Part shown: one piece after another, positions 12,141 to 25,229 of the stretch
Layout: each line of letters opens with the position of its first letter
How positions within the stretch are numbered: the stretch's first letter is position 1
From: Octopus sinensis
Taxonomy: Eukaryota
DNA: 64,000 nucleotides
Reading direction: 5' to 3'
NCBI RefSeq assembly: GCF_006345805.1
Contig: NC_042997.1
Coordinates: 144,274,001-144,338,000, forward strand
The notes under the pieces: generated by a model
Seen by the model: only the letters and a program-made list of their open reading frames with translations
Told to the model about the DNA's origin: nothing
The model's database searches: none
Position numbers and translations under genes: made by a program

Positions 12141-12452
12141 TTCTTGTTTCAGTCATTTGACTGCAGCTATGCCTTTGGTCAAAGAAATCAACCCCAGGAC
12201 TTATCCTATCAGTCTCTTTTGCTGAACTGCTAAGTTACAGGACATAAATACACCAACATCAGTTAAGCGATGGTTGGGACATGCACACACAAGATGGGCT
12301 TCTTTCAGTTTCTGTCTACCAAATCCACTCAAGGTTTTGGTTGGCCTGAGGCTATAGTAGAAAACACTTGCCCAAGGTACCATACAGTGGAACTGAACCC
12401 GGAACCATTTGGTTGGGAAGAAAGCTTCTTACCACACAGCTATGCCTGCGCC
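12141..12452 (-). mobile_element. Composite SINE: family A tRNA-like head plus tail type 1
   Basis: Its reverse complement matches the 36202-36581 and 45451-45800 copies. Confidence 0.85.
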
Positions 12453-13209
12453 GATGCATGAAACTATGTTGGTAAAATGGTTTGTGTTACAATTAATGTG
12501 AGATGTACAAACTTTGTAAACTGATTAGATAATGGTTAAGATAGGGATTAAGATGAAGTGAAATATTCAGGGGATTAAATTTAAGTAGGAAACTTGTTCA
12601 CAAATATTTTCTGTATTGATGAAATAAAACATTCGGCATTAATATTATCATTCTCTCACTGCATAATTCTAATTTTTTTTTCTAATTCTCTTAATATTAA
12701 CAATAACACTAATTTGAGTATTATTATTATTGTATCAGTTACATTGGACCTCTGTTATTATATAACATGCATACCAATGAAGAAATACCACCCAATTTAT
12801 TATTGCAGAAGAAATTAAAACTCATTCCACAGTTTATTATTGCAGAAGAAAGTAGGATTCATTAACATCATAAATTTATACGTTTCCCATGTTGGTATGG
12901 ATTGGGCTCTGATTAATTTATTTTAATGGTTAATTTGAGATTAAACTAAGTATTTTCCTCTCAATTACTTGTATATAAATTGGTTCTTGGGGAATTGCAA
13001 TTTACATGTTCTAATTAGTTTATCGAGAAAATGATTTTGAATACTCAATTAAGACCAATGAATATTGCTAATGTATTGTTAGGCCTAGTAGTTTCATGCA
13101 ACTTGTTCACTGGTATATTACAGCACTGAAGATAATTTATGCAAATCTAAGTGCAGTTTACATCCCCTCTGCACACCCACCCACACACACACACATTATA
13201 TATATATAC

Positions 13210-13266
<57 letters not shown>

Positions 13267-13269
13267 TAA

Positions 13270-13704
13270 ACTATTGTATTGTCTCTCTACCGATATTGTG
13301 GAAAGCAGAGTTTAGTGTTAATTTTATAGCTAAATGCATTATTACTATTGGAACCAATTTTTTGGCATCAGCAATTACTTGCTGCCTCTTTTATATGCAA
13401 AAATCACTGAAAACAGCTAAATTAAAATTGACAATTTTTTTTTTTATATCTTAACATAACTGCAAAAGAAAAATAAACCTGATGACTTCTATATGTTTTC
13501 ATTTAAGAGTGAAACTGTTGGCAGGAGAACACAAAAGTATTACCCTACGCCTATGTTTATTAATGCTGGCTCATTTTGTCTTAATGAATATAAATTAGTG
13601 AATAATTTTAAAAGCATTTTAGCATAAATCTTTCAACAGATTTATGCTAAAGTCCTCTTCAAATGATTCAACACACACACACACACACACACACACACAT
13701 TATA

Positions 13705-13767
<63 letters not shown>

Positions 13768-14167
13768 CTATTGTATTGTCTCTCTACCGATATTGTGGAA
13801 AGCAGAGTTTAGTGTTAATTTTATAGCTAAATGCATTATTACTATTGGAACCAATTTTTTGGCATCAGCAATTACTTGCTGCCTCTTTTATATGCAAAAA
13901 TCACTGAAAACAGCTAAATTAAAATTGACAATTTTTTTTTTTATATCTTAACATAACTGCAAAAGAAAAATAAACCTGATGACTTCTATATGTTTTCATT
14001 TAAGAGTGAAACTGTTGGCAGGAGAACACAAAAGTATTACCCTACGCCTATGTTTATTAATGCTGGCTCATTTTGTCTTAATGAATATAAATTAGTGAAT
14101 AATTTTAAAAGCATTTTAGCATAAATCTTTCAACAGATTTATGCTAAAGTCCTCTTCAAATGATTCA
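13270..14167. repeat. Tandem duplication, period 497 bp (cores 13270-13670 and 13767-14167)
   Basis: The ~400-bp cores appear identical by eye. (CA)n/(TA)n tracts lie before and between them, and (CA)n follows. Confidence 0.95.
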
Positions 14168-14190
14168 ACACACACACACACACACACACA

Positions 14191-14332
14191 TTTCTGTCTA
14201 CCTTATCCATTCACAAGGCTTTGGTTGGCCCAAGATTATAGAAGACACTTGCCCAAAGTGCCATGCTGTGGCATTGAACCTGGAATCGTGGTTGGGAAAC
14301 AAACTCCTTACCATGCAGCTATGCCTGCACCT
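14191..14332 (-). mobile_element. SINE family A head
   Basis: GAAGACACTTGCCCAAAGTGCCA...TTACCATGCAGCTATGCCTGCACC. Confidence 0.85.
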
Positions 14333-14491
14333 TTATAAAAAAAAAAAAAAAACTTAGTGTAGTGTAATGTAAATTCAACATTTTCAATTGAGCCAACATC
14401 AATTTTATGTAGTTGAGAGGGAAATACAGCCTAAATTCTTGCAACAGAGTGGGTTCTACTGTATGTGCCCAAGTTGCTTAAATGGTGGTGT

Positions 14492-14721
14492 TTAACCCTT
14501 TAGTGTTCACATTATTCTACCCAAATTAATCCTTTTTTATCCACATTGTCTTGAACTAATCATTCATTAATCTTGTAGCTATGAGATTTTGATGAGGTAG
14601 CTGTTAATTTTTAAAACGATGTTGTAGGGTTGGTGTGAGAGATCAGATCTGGCCAGTTTGAACATAAAACAAGCAGAATACTTTTGGCCGGATATGGCCG
14701 GTTTAAATGCTAAAGGGTTAA
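14492..14721 (-). mobile_element. piggyBac-like MITE (TTAA flanks)
   Basis: TTAA|CCCTTTAGTGTT ... AATGCTAAAGGG|TTAA. Confidence 0.88.
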
Positions 14722-14859
14722 ACTGGGCAGCAGGTTAAGCCTACCACCCAAGTAACTGATGGTGGTATTTGAACTTTGAACATAAACAGAACATACAAGA
14801 TATCTTGTTCATTCTTACAGTTCTGCTAAACTACTCACTTGAGATTAGTAGTGTTTAAA

Positions 14860-14975
14860 CATCCCCCAAAAGTATGAAAGGCAAAGTTGACTTTTGTAGG
14901 ATTTGAACCGGAATACTAAGCGTTTACTTACAAATACAGTGTGGTAATCTATTTTATACTCTGATTCTGCCAGTT
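14860..14975 (-). mobile_element. SINE family D fragment
   Basis: GAAAGGCAAAGTTGAC...GGATTTGAAC...GATTCTGCCAGTTCAC. Confidence 0.65.
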
Positions 14976-16524
14976 CACTTCCCTGTGCTGAAAATAAAAT
15001 GGCTTGGGCAGTGGGGTATTAGTTATATTTCTTTGTTCTGGTTTGTAATCCTGCTTGGTTGCTTTTAAAATATAGTACCAGCTAAGTACTAGGTTTAAAT
15101 GACTGAACAGGCCATCAGTCAAACATGTGCATGGTCACAAACTTTGATCCGATGTCTGTTAGAAATCGTGTGTAACCGTGGATGACTTCTAATCAAACAG
15201 ATGTATGAAAATACAGTTGAATGGCTTGAAGCTTCTCACAGACATTGTATTCCCAGTTATACAATGCATTTCCACCTAACTGAAGACCATATTGCATACT
15301 TCAATGTGCAGTGATAAATCATACTTGATGCAATATAATGGTCTTGATATCATTATACTCTGTCCTGTCTAATCTACAGCTCTTTACCTGCAGATTTTGG
15401 TGGCAGGATGGATTTAGTCAGAGCATAGCAGTTACTGTTCCTCTGCTTGTATCATTGACCCATTAGCATTCAGATTAAATTGTATTATAATTCTTATTTA
15501 TGGACATTGTTTTGAATTAATCAGGCATTATCCTGTACCTTTGAGATTTTGATGTGATTGCATATTTTTTGCATTGTAAGATAGGTGTGAGAGACCCAAT
15601 CTGGTTGCCTTGAAAATGAAAAAATATTTTGGCCTGTTTAAATACCAAAGTGTTGAACTTGGACAATGTATATGTATAAAGATTGATAGAACTTTGAAAA
15701 CCAAGTGAAGGGTAAAGAGCAGAACAATTCTCATAAATTTGAGTTGAACAAACATGGAAAACAAACAATATACACACTCACACAAAAAAAAAAGCTGGGC
15801 AATAAATATCAAATTTGTGTATGAATTTAATAAATGATAGGGCATTGATCTCAAGCAGTCAATATGAATTAAAATCAAATATAAAGTTACAACTAAATGT
15901 AAAGATTTGTTAAAAAAAGAAAGATTACATTAATTTTCGACATGCTTCAGTTTGAGGGATGTTTTTTTTAAATATCAACAAAAAATCACTGTAAAATAAC
16001 ACATGAATAAACTATATACATAGTGTAAGGGATATGATTTTTTAAAATTAAAATTTTCACTGCACAATTCAGTTGCTTATTCACTGTAAATGTACTCTCT
16101 TTCTCTCCGTATGTGATGTGTGTATTGCAGTAGAAATTTTTAATTGAAAACACTCTGCCCCAACCTCCAAATATTTTTATAAATAATGTTAACATATTTT
16201 CATCTGTGTATATTCATCTAGTGAACAATGAAAATGGGACTAAACACATTAATACTGATTTTGTTTATAAAAATACTTTGTATTTAACTCTTAAAAAAAT
16301 AAAATACCTGCATAATTTACCTTCTGGGGAATTTATTCTGTGTAACTGGTAAGTTTGTAACTTCGTAGACAAATAAAAGTAACTAGTTGTGTTCTCTTTA
16401 ACTTGGGAATTTAACTCAGTTTCACTTGCATTGATATTTTCTAAATTCTCATAGTACAAGCATTGATTTAAGATTGTTAAAAGTTAATTAAAACACTGGT
16501 GATTCTAGAGAAAAGTTATTGGTT

Positions 16525-16680
16525 GTGCAGGCATGGCTGTGTGGTTGGAAATTTGCTTCTCAACTACATGATTTAAGGTTCAGTCCCATTATGTGACACC
16601 TTGGGCAAATATCTTCTGTATCCTAGAGTTGACCTAACCTTTGTGTGAATTTGATTGATAGAAACTGTACAAAGTTCATC
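16525..16680 (+). mobile_element. SINE family A head
   Basis: GCAGGCATGGCTGTGTGG...GGTTCAGTCCCA...ACCTTGGGCAAA. Confidence 0.8.
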
Positions 16681-17544
16681 ATATGCATGCATATGTTAAG
16701 CATTCACAGCGGTGAGCTCCACAAAGCACATGATTTCAAAGACATGTGGAATAAAAAAAAATCCCTTACATGATGAGGTAAGGATAGTAATTATAAAGAA
16801 TGCTTCGATCTGTGTTTTGCCTAACTTGTGCTGGCCTGGAATATGTTAAAATCAGCTGACAAATATAGTACCAGGCTTCCAATTTGTGCTTCAGATTACA
16901 CTGCATGGTACTTTGAGATTGTTGAACAAGGTGTTGAATTTTGCTCAGCTTTAACTAGCAGTAAAATAAGATATTCCATGGAAATTTAAAAGCAAATAAA
17001 ATAGCATTCCATCCAGAGGGAGATTTCTCATTTGCCAAATGCTACAGAAATCACTTCTATAGTCATAAAATAAAAATGATGACAACTAGAAGTGAAATTT
17101 TGATATAAATTCTAGGTTTAATTATTCTATTCCTCTGTGGACAATGTTGAAGACAAACCAATGTAGGACCAAAACTGGTTTTCAGCCTTAGACTGACTTA
17201 GTTTTATTTGAGTACCATGCTGTAAGTAACCATTTGAAAAGAATGCCACATGTTACCTAAATGGTTTTAGCTTCCACAATAGTTTCAGTTCATTTAATCT
17301 AGCAAGCTTGTAATCAAGACCACCTGTTTTTTGATTTTTTTTTTTCTTAAATCTTACTGTTTCATTAATCTTGAAAGCCCATATTTTCATCACATTTCAA
17401 TCGATTTGCATAAGCTAACACATCTCCATCAGCTTCTCTATTTTGAGAGAAGAGTCTGCAAGAACATATGGACACTATCTCATCTCGGGTTAAATAATAA
17501 TGGTTTCTAATTTAGACAATCTGCAATTTTTAAGTGAGAGGATT

Positions 17545-17715
17545 AGTTGATACCATTGACCTTGGAATTTGACCAGTACTTTATTTTAATGACCCTGAAA
17601 GGATGAAATGAAAAGTTGACCTCGGTATTTGAACTTGGAGCATAAAGAGCTGAAACAGATAAAGCAAAGCACTTTTTCTGAAGCTTTAATGAATCTGCCA
17701 AATATGTTGGTATTA
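17545..17715 (-). mobile_element. SINE family D
   Basis: GACCCTGAAAGGATGAAATGAAAAGTTGACCTCGGTATTTGAACT. Confidence 0.7.
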
Positions 17716-20700
17716 TCAACTCATTTAGTCTAAATTTTTTTGAATTTATGAAGTTCCTTGTCAATTACTGGTATTAATTTCATTCTTCTCCAATTTTATC
17801 ATTGAACATAAAATTCAGTCCCTGCTCTATAATAGAATGTTTTAGTATTTTGATTCAACAAAGCAATATAATGATGATGTGACCAATGCATGAAGCATTT
17901 CAAGCTTTGATTGGTGTAACCTTTTTTCTTTTTCTCTCTCCCTCTGTAAGTAGCTTTGTATTAGCGAATAGCACCCCCATTTTTACATGTAAAAAATGAA
18001 AAGAATTATAAAAAAGAATTCCAAGTGATCATGTATTAATCCATTGATGTTTGAGAGCTGATGATATTTCTAAAGGGTAATAGTTGACTGCATTTGATAG
18101 GACAATACTATGTTTCAAATGATGGTATGTTTGCTTTGATGGTTGCACTACTACTAAGCTAAGGGGAGAAGAAAAAGGAACCTTTCAACCTTTTATGAAT
18201 ATTGAAAGGTATTGGAATTTCTCTATTGCACAATTTCTGCTACATATTCCAGTGCACACACGTTGAATGACATTTACGATTTAAAAGACAAAATGTAAAT
18301 TCATGCAAGCTTTATGCGGAGAAATTCATAGGTTTTATAAAATTTATGAGTTATGAAAGCTTATTCTGTAGAATTCTGCATGTTAGAAACATCTAGAAAT
18401 TTCTAATATCTGACACTTGAAGGATTTATACTCAGGAAAACTATTTTCAAATTCATTCAAAGAATTTTTAGTTAATTTTTGAATGTGTATTTGCTATTCA
18501 TGATCAAACTAGCTATAAATACTGAAATTTCTTCAATGTGTTTTTGTTAATTTCTTCAAATCTAATCCTATATCAAGTCCTAAATATAAGTCTTTTAATG
18601 TACAGCTGTTTTATTAGTTTTTTTTTCTTTTTTCTGTATATTTATATATTTTCATTTAACATTTGAATCAAGTTTCAATAGTTTTTGTTAAATTTATTCC
18701 TTTTTATGGAAATGTTCAGGAATTATTTTCATTATTAAAATCATGATATGAAAAAATTTTTATTTTCGTATAAAGTAATTTATATATATTTATTAAATTT
18801 TCACTGGAATCTGTATTAAAATTTTGAAATTGTAAATCAATACTGACATTCCATGTTTTGCATCATTGCTCATTTATATGACACTCATTATTTCTTTTGA
18901 AGCTTGTAATGTAAAGTGTCTAATTGAAGACAAGTTGTTCAGTCAACAGTATATCTCTAATACTTTAATGTCTATCTTTATGGTCAAAAGAGACAGAAAG
19001 GCAAAGCTTCACCTATCTAATAATATTGAATGTCTGCCATTTTACAAATACATTCTGCTCTTGTTACACATGTTATAGCCAAAAGCAGTTTTTTCCCTCT
19101 CCTCCTTTACAACTGTTTGGCAGAGCATGGTACTTTTATTGATGTTGCTAAGTATATCATTATATTTGTATATCTTAGCTCTCTCTTTTGCTCTTTCTTT
19201 TTCCCTGTATTTATTTTTAACACTTTTTTTTTTGTATAATCTCAAATTGATTAGATGAAGCTGACAAGCTGAAAAGTTATTTTGTAACCTGTGTATAGGA
19301 TTAGTGATCTTTTTTTGAGAACTATTTTCATGTAACTGAACAGACCTGTATAACCTGTCACAATGGAAGACAGCTGTTAATGTTCCAAGAAACTAGACAG
19401 TATTCATAGCTTCAAAATTCTCCTATAAAGCTACATGTTGGTTGGATAGTATCCTCTCTGGGACTAGTCTTATATTTAAAATTCAGTATTCGAATTGTCT
19501 TTATGTGGTTAAAGTAAGAGATTTGAGTTCTTGCAAGGTGAGACGATTTTGAGCTTCGTTAATCTGAAGCTATTGGTATCAGAGGGACATATGCTATTGA
19601 AATATTAAGTCTTTGCAACCAGCTGGAGCCTGTTGGCAGTGTTTAGCTTTTATCTTTTTTCTCTTTCTATATGCATGCCAAAAACAGATTTTCACATGCA
19701 GCAGCAACAGCTATATTTCCAGTAGCCAACTACAAGCTGCAGTCTGTGTATAATTAATATTACATATTGAGTGGATCATATGCAAAATATTCTTTTTGCT
19801 TTCATTTTTCTTTTGTCATTAGGAATGATTCGTTGTCTAAAGGTTATAAAGAGTAATTTACAACTCCATAGGCTGCTTATTAAGTTCTGTCAGTTGTATT
19901 GCTGTGAGCTGAGTGGTTGAAATTTTTTATTGTAAATACACTTTTGTAATAACATTAATATCAAATCTATAGTTTGACATTTTAAATTTTTATTGCCATG
20001 TGTGATTGGAAACACTATTTAGTTGAGCCACTACTATCAAACTCTTAATTTGAAGTTTCACACAAACACTGGAATGTTTTAAAGATTTGATGCATTGTTT
20101 TCAATTTAGTTAGGTGTTATGATTAGATATTGAAATCTGAAATGTGTTAGTAAAAGCAAGCACAGTATCTAAAGAACACTTCAGTCGAAACACATTACCA
20201 TTACTATTTGTTATTTCCTAAATTTAAAATCTATTTCTTGGAGATACAAATTGATTACTTTGCAACTGAAGTTATATATAAAAGCAAACTACTTAATATT
20301 CAATTTGAATATACATAGAAATGTAAAATTACCATGTAAATTAGATGCAAAACAATAGTGAAGAAGCAAAAATATTTTTTCAAGTTAGCTTTACAGAGTA
20401 ATTTGGCATAGTTTAAAATCATTTTTTTTCCTTTTAGTTTTCACAACTGTGTAATAAGACTACTTTAGAATGAGTTTCTTAAAAGCAAATTAGTTATACA
20501 TTACATTTTTTCTTTCCTGTTGTTAATAACCTTAAAGGAATTTGGAATCTGAAACTTTTTGCTTGAACCTCCAGCTTACTTAAGCTACAATCATATAGTA
20601 TAACATAGCTTTTAGTTCGCAATTTTTCTTTATGGCATTACAAATTGCTATTGGCAAAAATATTCAGCTTTCCTCAATCTTTACTTGGGATACATATATA

Positions 20701-22274
20701 TATATATATATATATATTTCATTCATTCAGTTTTTCATAGATATTTTATCTTAGAGAATTTTCCTACTGGAGGCAGCTACTTTTGTTTGTGTGTGTGTTG
20801 GTGTGTTTGCATGTACACTAGCTTTTTAAACTTAATAATACACGTGATTTTCGGTGCAATTTGAAATTGAATGCCAACTGATGTATAATTTCATAACTTT
20901 AGAAAATGATTGAAGAAATGATAGTATAGAATGCTATTGTTTTAGATGCTTTGTTAACTTTCATTTGTTGAATTATATTTCTTTATTCGCATAAACAGCT
21001 TGCATGATTGTAATTTAACAAATGAAATGAAATCCCTTGAAGCTTTTTAAAAACCAAAAAAATGAAACTTACAAAACTGAACAAAAAATACTCAAATCTT
21101 TTTGCTATCTTAAAGCAATAATTAATAAAGCTCATTAGTTTATTCTTTTCTAATTTTCATTGTAAATCTTTGAAATTTTTACTTTTTGTCTCTTTTACAA
21201 GTGCTGCAGCTAAATGAAATTCTTTTGAGATTTTAAACATTTTTTTGTTTTGTTTTTTTTACATTTGATCTTAGGCAACCATTGATTTTGTGGTTGGCCA
21301 CAAGCAACATCATCTGATGGCACTTAAATCTGTTCAGTAAAATATAATTTGCATTGTAGACTTCCAAATAGACACCCTTCCTTCAGTATAATTCAGAACA
21401 GACTTGCATATAGTTTAAGATTCAATTTTTGCTCTCATAGAATGTTTTTTTTAACATTCTTGTTTATTGTGAGTTAAACTACAAATGTTTTAATCATTCT
21501 AATAATTTTCAAGAATAAACTTTGGAATTTGTTCTGGCTAAGGAAATAAAATTTAGCTTTTCCAAGATTACTTGGTGATATTTTGATTTTTTTTTTTTTT
21601 TTTTTTTTTTCCCCATACTTGTAGGTTTAGCATCAAAACTTATTCCTTCTGTTCAATGTTAATATTTGAAAATGACCAGATGTTTATTCTGGTATCAGCC
21701 TTATCCAATAAGTATGTTCATATTTTTGTTAAAAAAAAAAGTGTTTTCTTCCATTTTCATCTTGAAATCTTTTCAGACTAAAATATTACCTAGAACTGTT
21801 TGGAATATTCCATGACTGTTCAAGCAAGATATTAAACTTACTGTTCTGTATTTTCATTTGAGTAATGAGATTTACTATCTGTATTTAAATATTTAGACAC
21901 CTGAAACAAAATTAAAAAATAAGTGTACAAGCTGTTGTATTTGAATGGCTGTGAAATAAAATATTGTCTTCTATTTCCACAATTACCTACAGATCATTAT
22001 TGTGATCTATAGCAGTGATTTTAGCCAAAGCTGGAACAAGTTAGTATTGGCTATAGTTATGAATCTAGTGAACATTATGCCATTTGTTATTGAAATGGTC
22101 TTTTTAATAGCTACTATTATATGGAAATTTTATAAAAACTTTTGAAGGGATATTTAGCATTATTACAAGATCACAACTTTAACCTCTTTGATATAAACTT
22201 GCCCTGGTTGAATGATACAAAGTTTTTGTTTTAAAGCCATATAAATTATACATTTTTTTTTGTCCGAGTGTAAG

Positions 22275-22745
22275 CACATGACTTAGTGGTTAGTGTGTTG
22301 GACAAATGATCACAAGGTTGGTTTCAGTTCCTGGAATGAATGTGTTCTTGAGTCAGATATTTCAGTTCATGTTACTCCAGTCTACTCGGTCGGCAAAAAT
22401 GAGTATTTTTGAGATGGACCAATGTCCTAGCCAAGAGAGAGTATATTTGCCAGAGAAACCAGGTAACTGGCCCCGTGATGTGGGGAAAGTGTTTTAGCTT
22501 TTTTTCATTGGATCACTAAGGTACAGGAACACAAATGAACCAAGGCCATTTGTCGAGTGATGCCACGCATGCACGCACGCACATACATGAGCATCAAAAT
22601 AGTTTCCATCTACCAAATTCACTAAGTATTGGTTGGTCTAGGGCTATTGTAGAAGACACTTGTCCAAAGTACTGTGCAACCATATAGATTTGGGCTCACT
22701 CCCACTGCAAAGTAAACTTCTGAGCCACACAGCCATGTCTGTGTT
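22275..22745. mobile_element. SINE family C head (+, ~22275-22410) followed by a family A composite (-, ~22480-22745)
   Basis: GCACATGACTTAGTGGTTAG head; CCACACAGCCATG end of the A head. Confidence 0.6.
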
Positions 22746-25229
22746 TGAATTTACAAATGTAGAGTAAAAGTATTCTGGGGCCCCCTTTCTGGAAAATCCT
22801 TGACTATCATACATAATGAAATGTTTCTGCTGTCAAAAAATTCTTTCAAGCTGGCTACATTCTCCTTGGTTATATTGAGACCAACTGACCTGTGGAAGCC
22901 TTATTCTTCTGTAAATTATGTAAATTACTATTCAAATATTCAAAACTTAAAGTTGGTGAACATCATTGTATGTCTTTCCTTTCTATTTCATGAATTTTTG
23001 TTTAGGTTTGTTATATTCACTGCTGGACGGCAAAATAATATATATATATATTGGATTAGGTTAACGTAAATTCAGTCATATGACTAAGGAACTGTCCTGT
23101 CTCTGTAATAGGAAGGGATGAAGGAGCTTACCATCCATGATGAGATGCTGAGTTGAGTCTTAGCTGAAGACTGAAGCTGTCTTCATGGTAATAGTGATAA
23201 GTGTCAAGCTGTTTAGCATAGGTCATTGATGTAGTGTGTATACTATGATACAAGGAGTACTAGCTCTCTCCATGATATTGCTATTGAAATCTCCTTTCGA
23301 TCTAAGGACAATTGGCTCTCAAGCGAGAGCAGGCCTGGTCATACCAACCTGTAACTGTGGTTATGCTTTACAACGTAGCATATTCATTCATTGATATTAA
23401 ATATTGGGAATAGAAAATAAATTAACACACAAATACTACTACTAATAATAAATGATAATGTCGGGGAATTGTAATCAGAAGACATAAATAATGAGTATTG
23501 ATGTTTGTAAATATCTAATTAATTTTGGCTGTTATAATTAAAACAATGACAAATTTTTGTTTTAGCAGAAAACTGATAATTTTGTAAAATATTTTTCTTT
23601 TTTACATATTGTCATTAGATAATGTTTCATTTTATTTTATCTTAATGAAAAATTTGATTTCTTCAGATAATTCATTAATTTTCATTTCGGTTTTTAATAT
23701 CCTTTTGATGAAATTTTTGGTTTTGAGGCCCTTTTGATAAAGTTTTTTTTTTTTCCTCTTATCTTTAATTGTAATTTTCAATTTTCTATTAAGTATTTAG
23801 TATATTTGTAAATAAATAAACCATTAGAAGCATTACATTTTGCCAGTTGTTTCTTTATAATTGTTTTGAATACTGAAACTATTGAAGTAGCTGGTTTTAG
23901 AAATGAACAAAAAAAAAAAAAAAAGAATGGATCTGTCAGATGCATGTATTCAAAAGATAACTTTCTTGTAACATTTAAATAGTATTCACATGAACAATAT
24001 TGACAGACAATACATTTATTTTGCCTGGTTGTTAGTTTTAAAGTTGAAATGCAAGCTGTTACATTATTTCTAGTAATAAATCCAGAATCTATTGAATCGT
24101 ATTGCAGTTGTGTTGTAATCTTTATTAGATTTGTTAAAATCTTAAGTACTTTTGTTCAATAGAGCTGTATATATTACCAATACCTTGACATTCCATTGAA
24201 TGTCTACAATTTATTTTTCTGGTAACTTACAAACTTTTGACCCTATATCGAGTAATAAGTTTTATAGAACCTCATTATTGGGGGCTGGAAACTGTTTCAC
24301 TAATGAGTTGAAATTTGAAGAGTAAACTGTGAGATGTGTAAATTTTGTTAGAATCTTGTTATGGAACTTATATATAACAAAAAAAAAGAAGATATTCTGA
24401 TATGCATTGCATCTCTTTAGTCTCTTTAGTACAAATTTCTGAATATTTGAAATGCATGTTTTCACATGTTCCTAACAACTTCTCCATCCTCCTAGATTTT
24501 TGTTACAGCTAATCTGAGTGAGATTTGTTTATCCATCAGGATTTTTGCTAATGCTACTAAAGGCTTCTTGCCCACAAATTGATCTAGCTTGAAGCCATTT
24601 TAATGCAGTCTTGTACCCAATTATCTTAAACATCCATGATGATTGACAAATATTGTCATTTAGGATTAGAAATCTGCATTGAAAATCCATGCTCAGCTAG
24701 TGGGAATTTATCAAATATGTTCATTTTGATTGCTTGTCATTCAAGAATACATTCATCTTATCAGTAAGAACAGTTTTCTAGCTGAGTCACTCTAAGTATA
24801 TAACGCATACTTTGTATCACTTCAGTAAAACTATAGCTACAGATATTATGAATATAATGCTCACTTTAAACACTGAGCTTCACTTGTAGCTTTGAAGCAC
24901 ACACAACATACAAAAATGTTTTGTAGATATTTGACCTGTATACACCATAATTTTATAAGAGCTCCTTAATCAACTTGTCATGATTTCCATGAGTAATTGT
25001 GTTTTTTTCAAACAGCTCACTGCCAGCCATATAAAGCTGAATAGTGCATCCTTCTTGTATTGCCTCTTAATAAGCTGGATTCTCTTGTATAACTAAAACA
25101 TTGTGCTTAGTTAAGTCAGTAGGTGGGGGCAGTACTTTAGTTATTTTTCATTTACCATCCATTAACATTCATTACTTAGAAGAGCTTTAGATTGTTGTAC
25201 TAGTTCAATTTTTCTTATTTCACCATATG

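Noticed and set aside
12796-12851. 19-bp direct repeat with period 37 (similar short doublets at 42662-42695 and ~40361)
   Set aside because: Ordinary short slippage duplications in AT-rich DNA.
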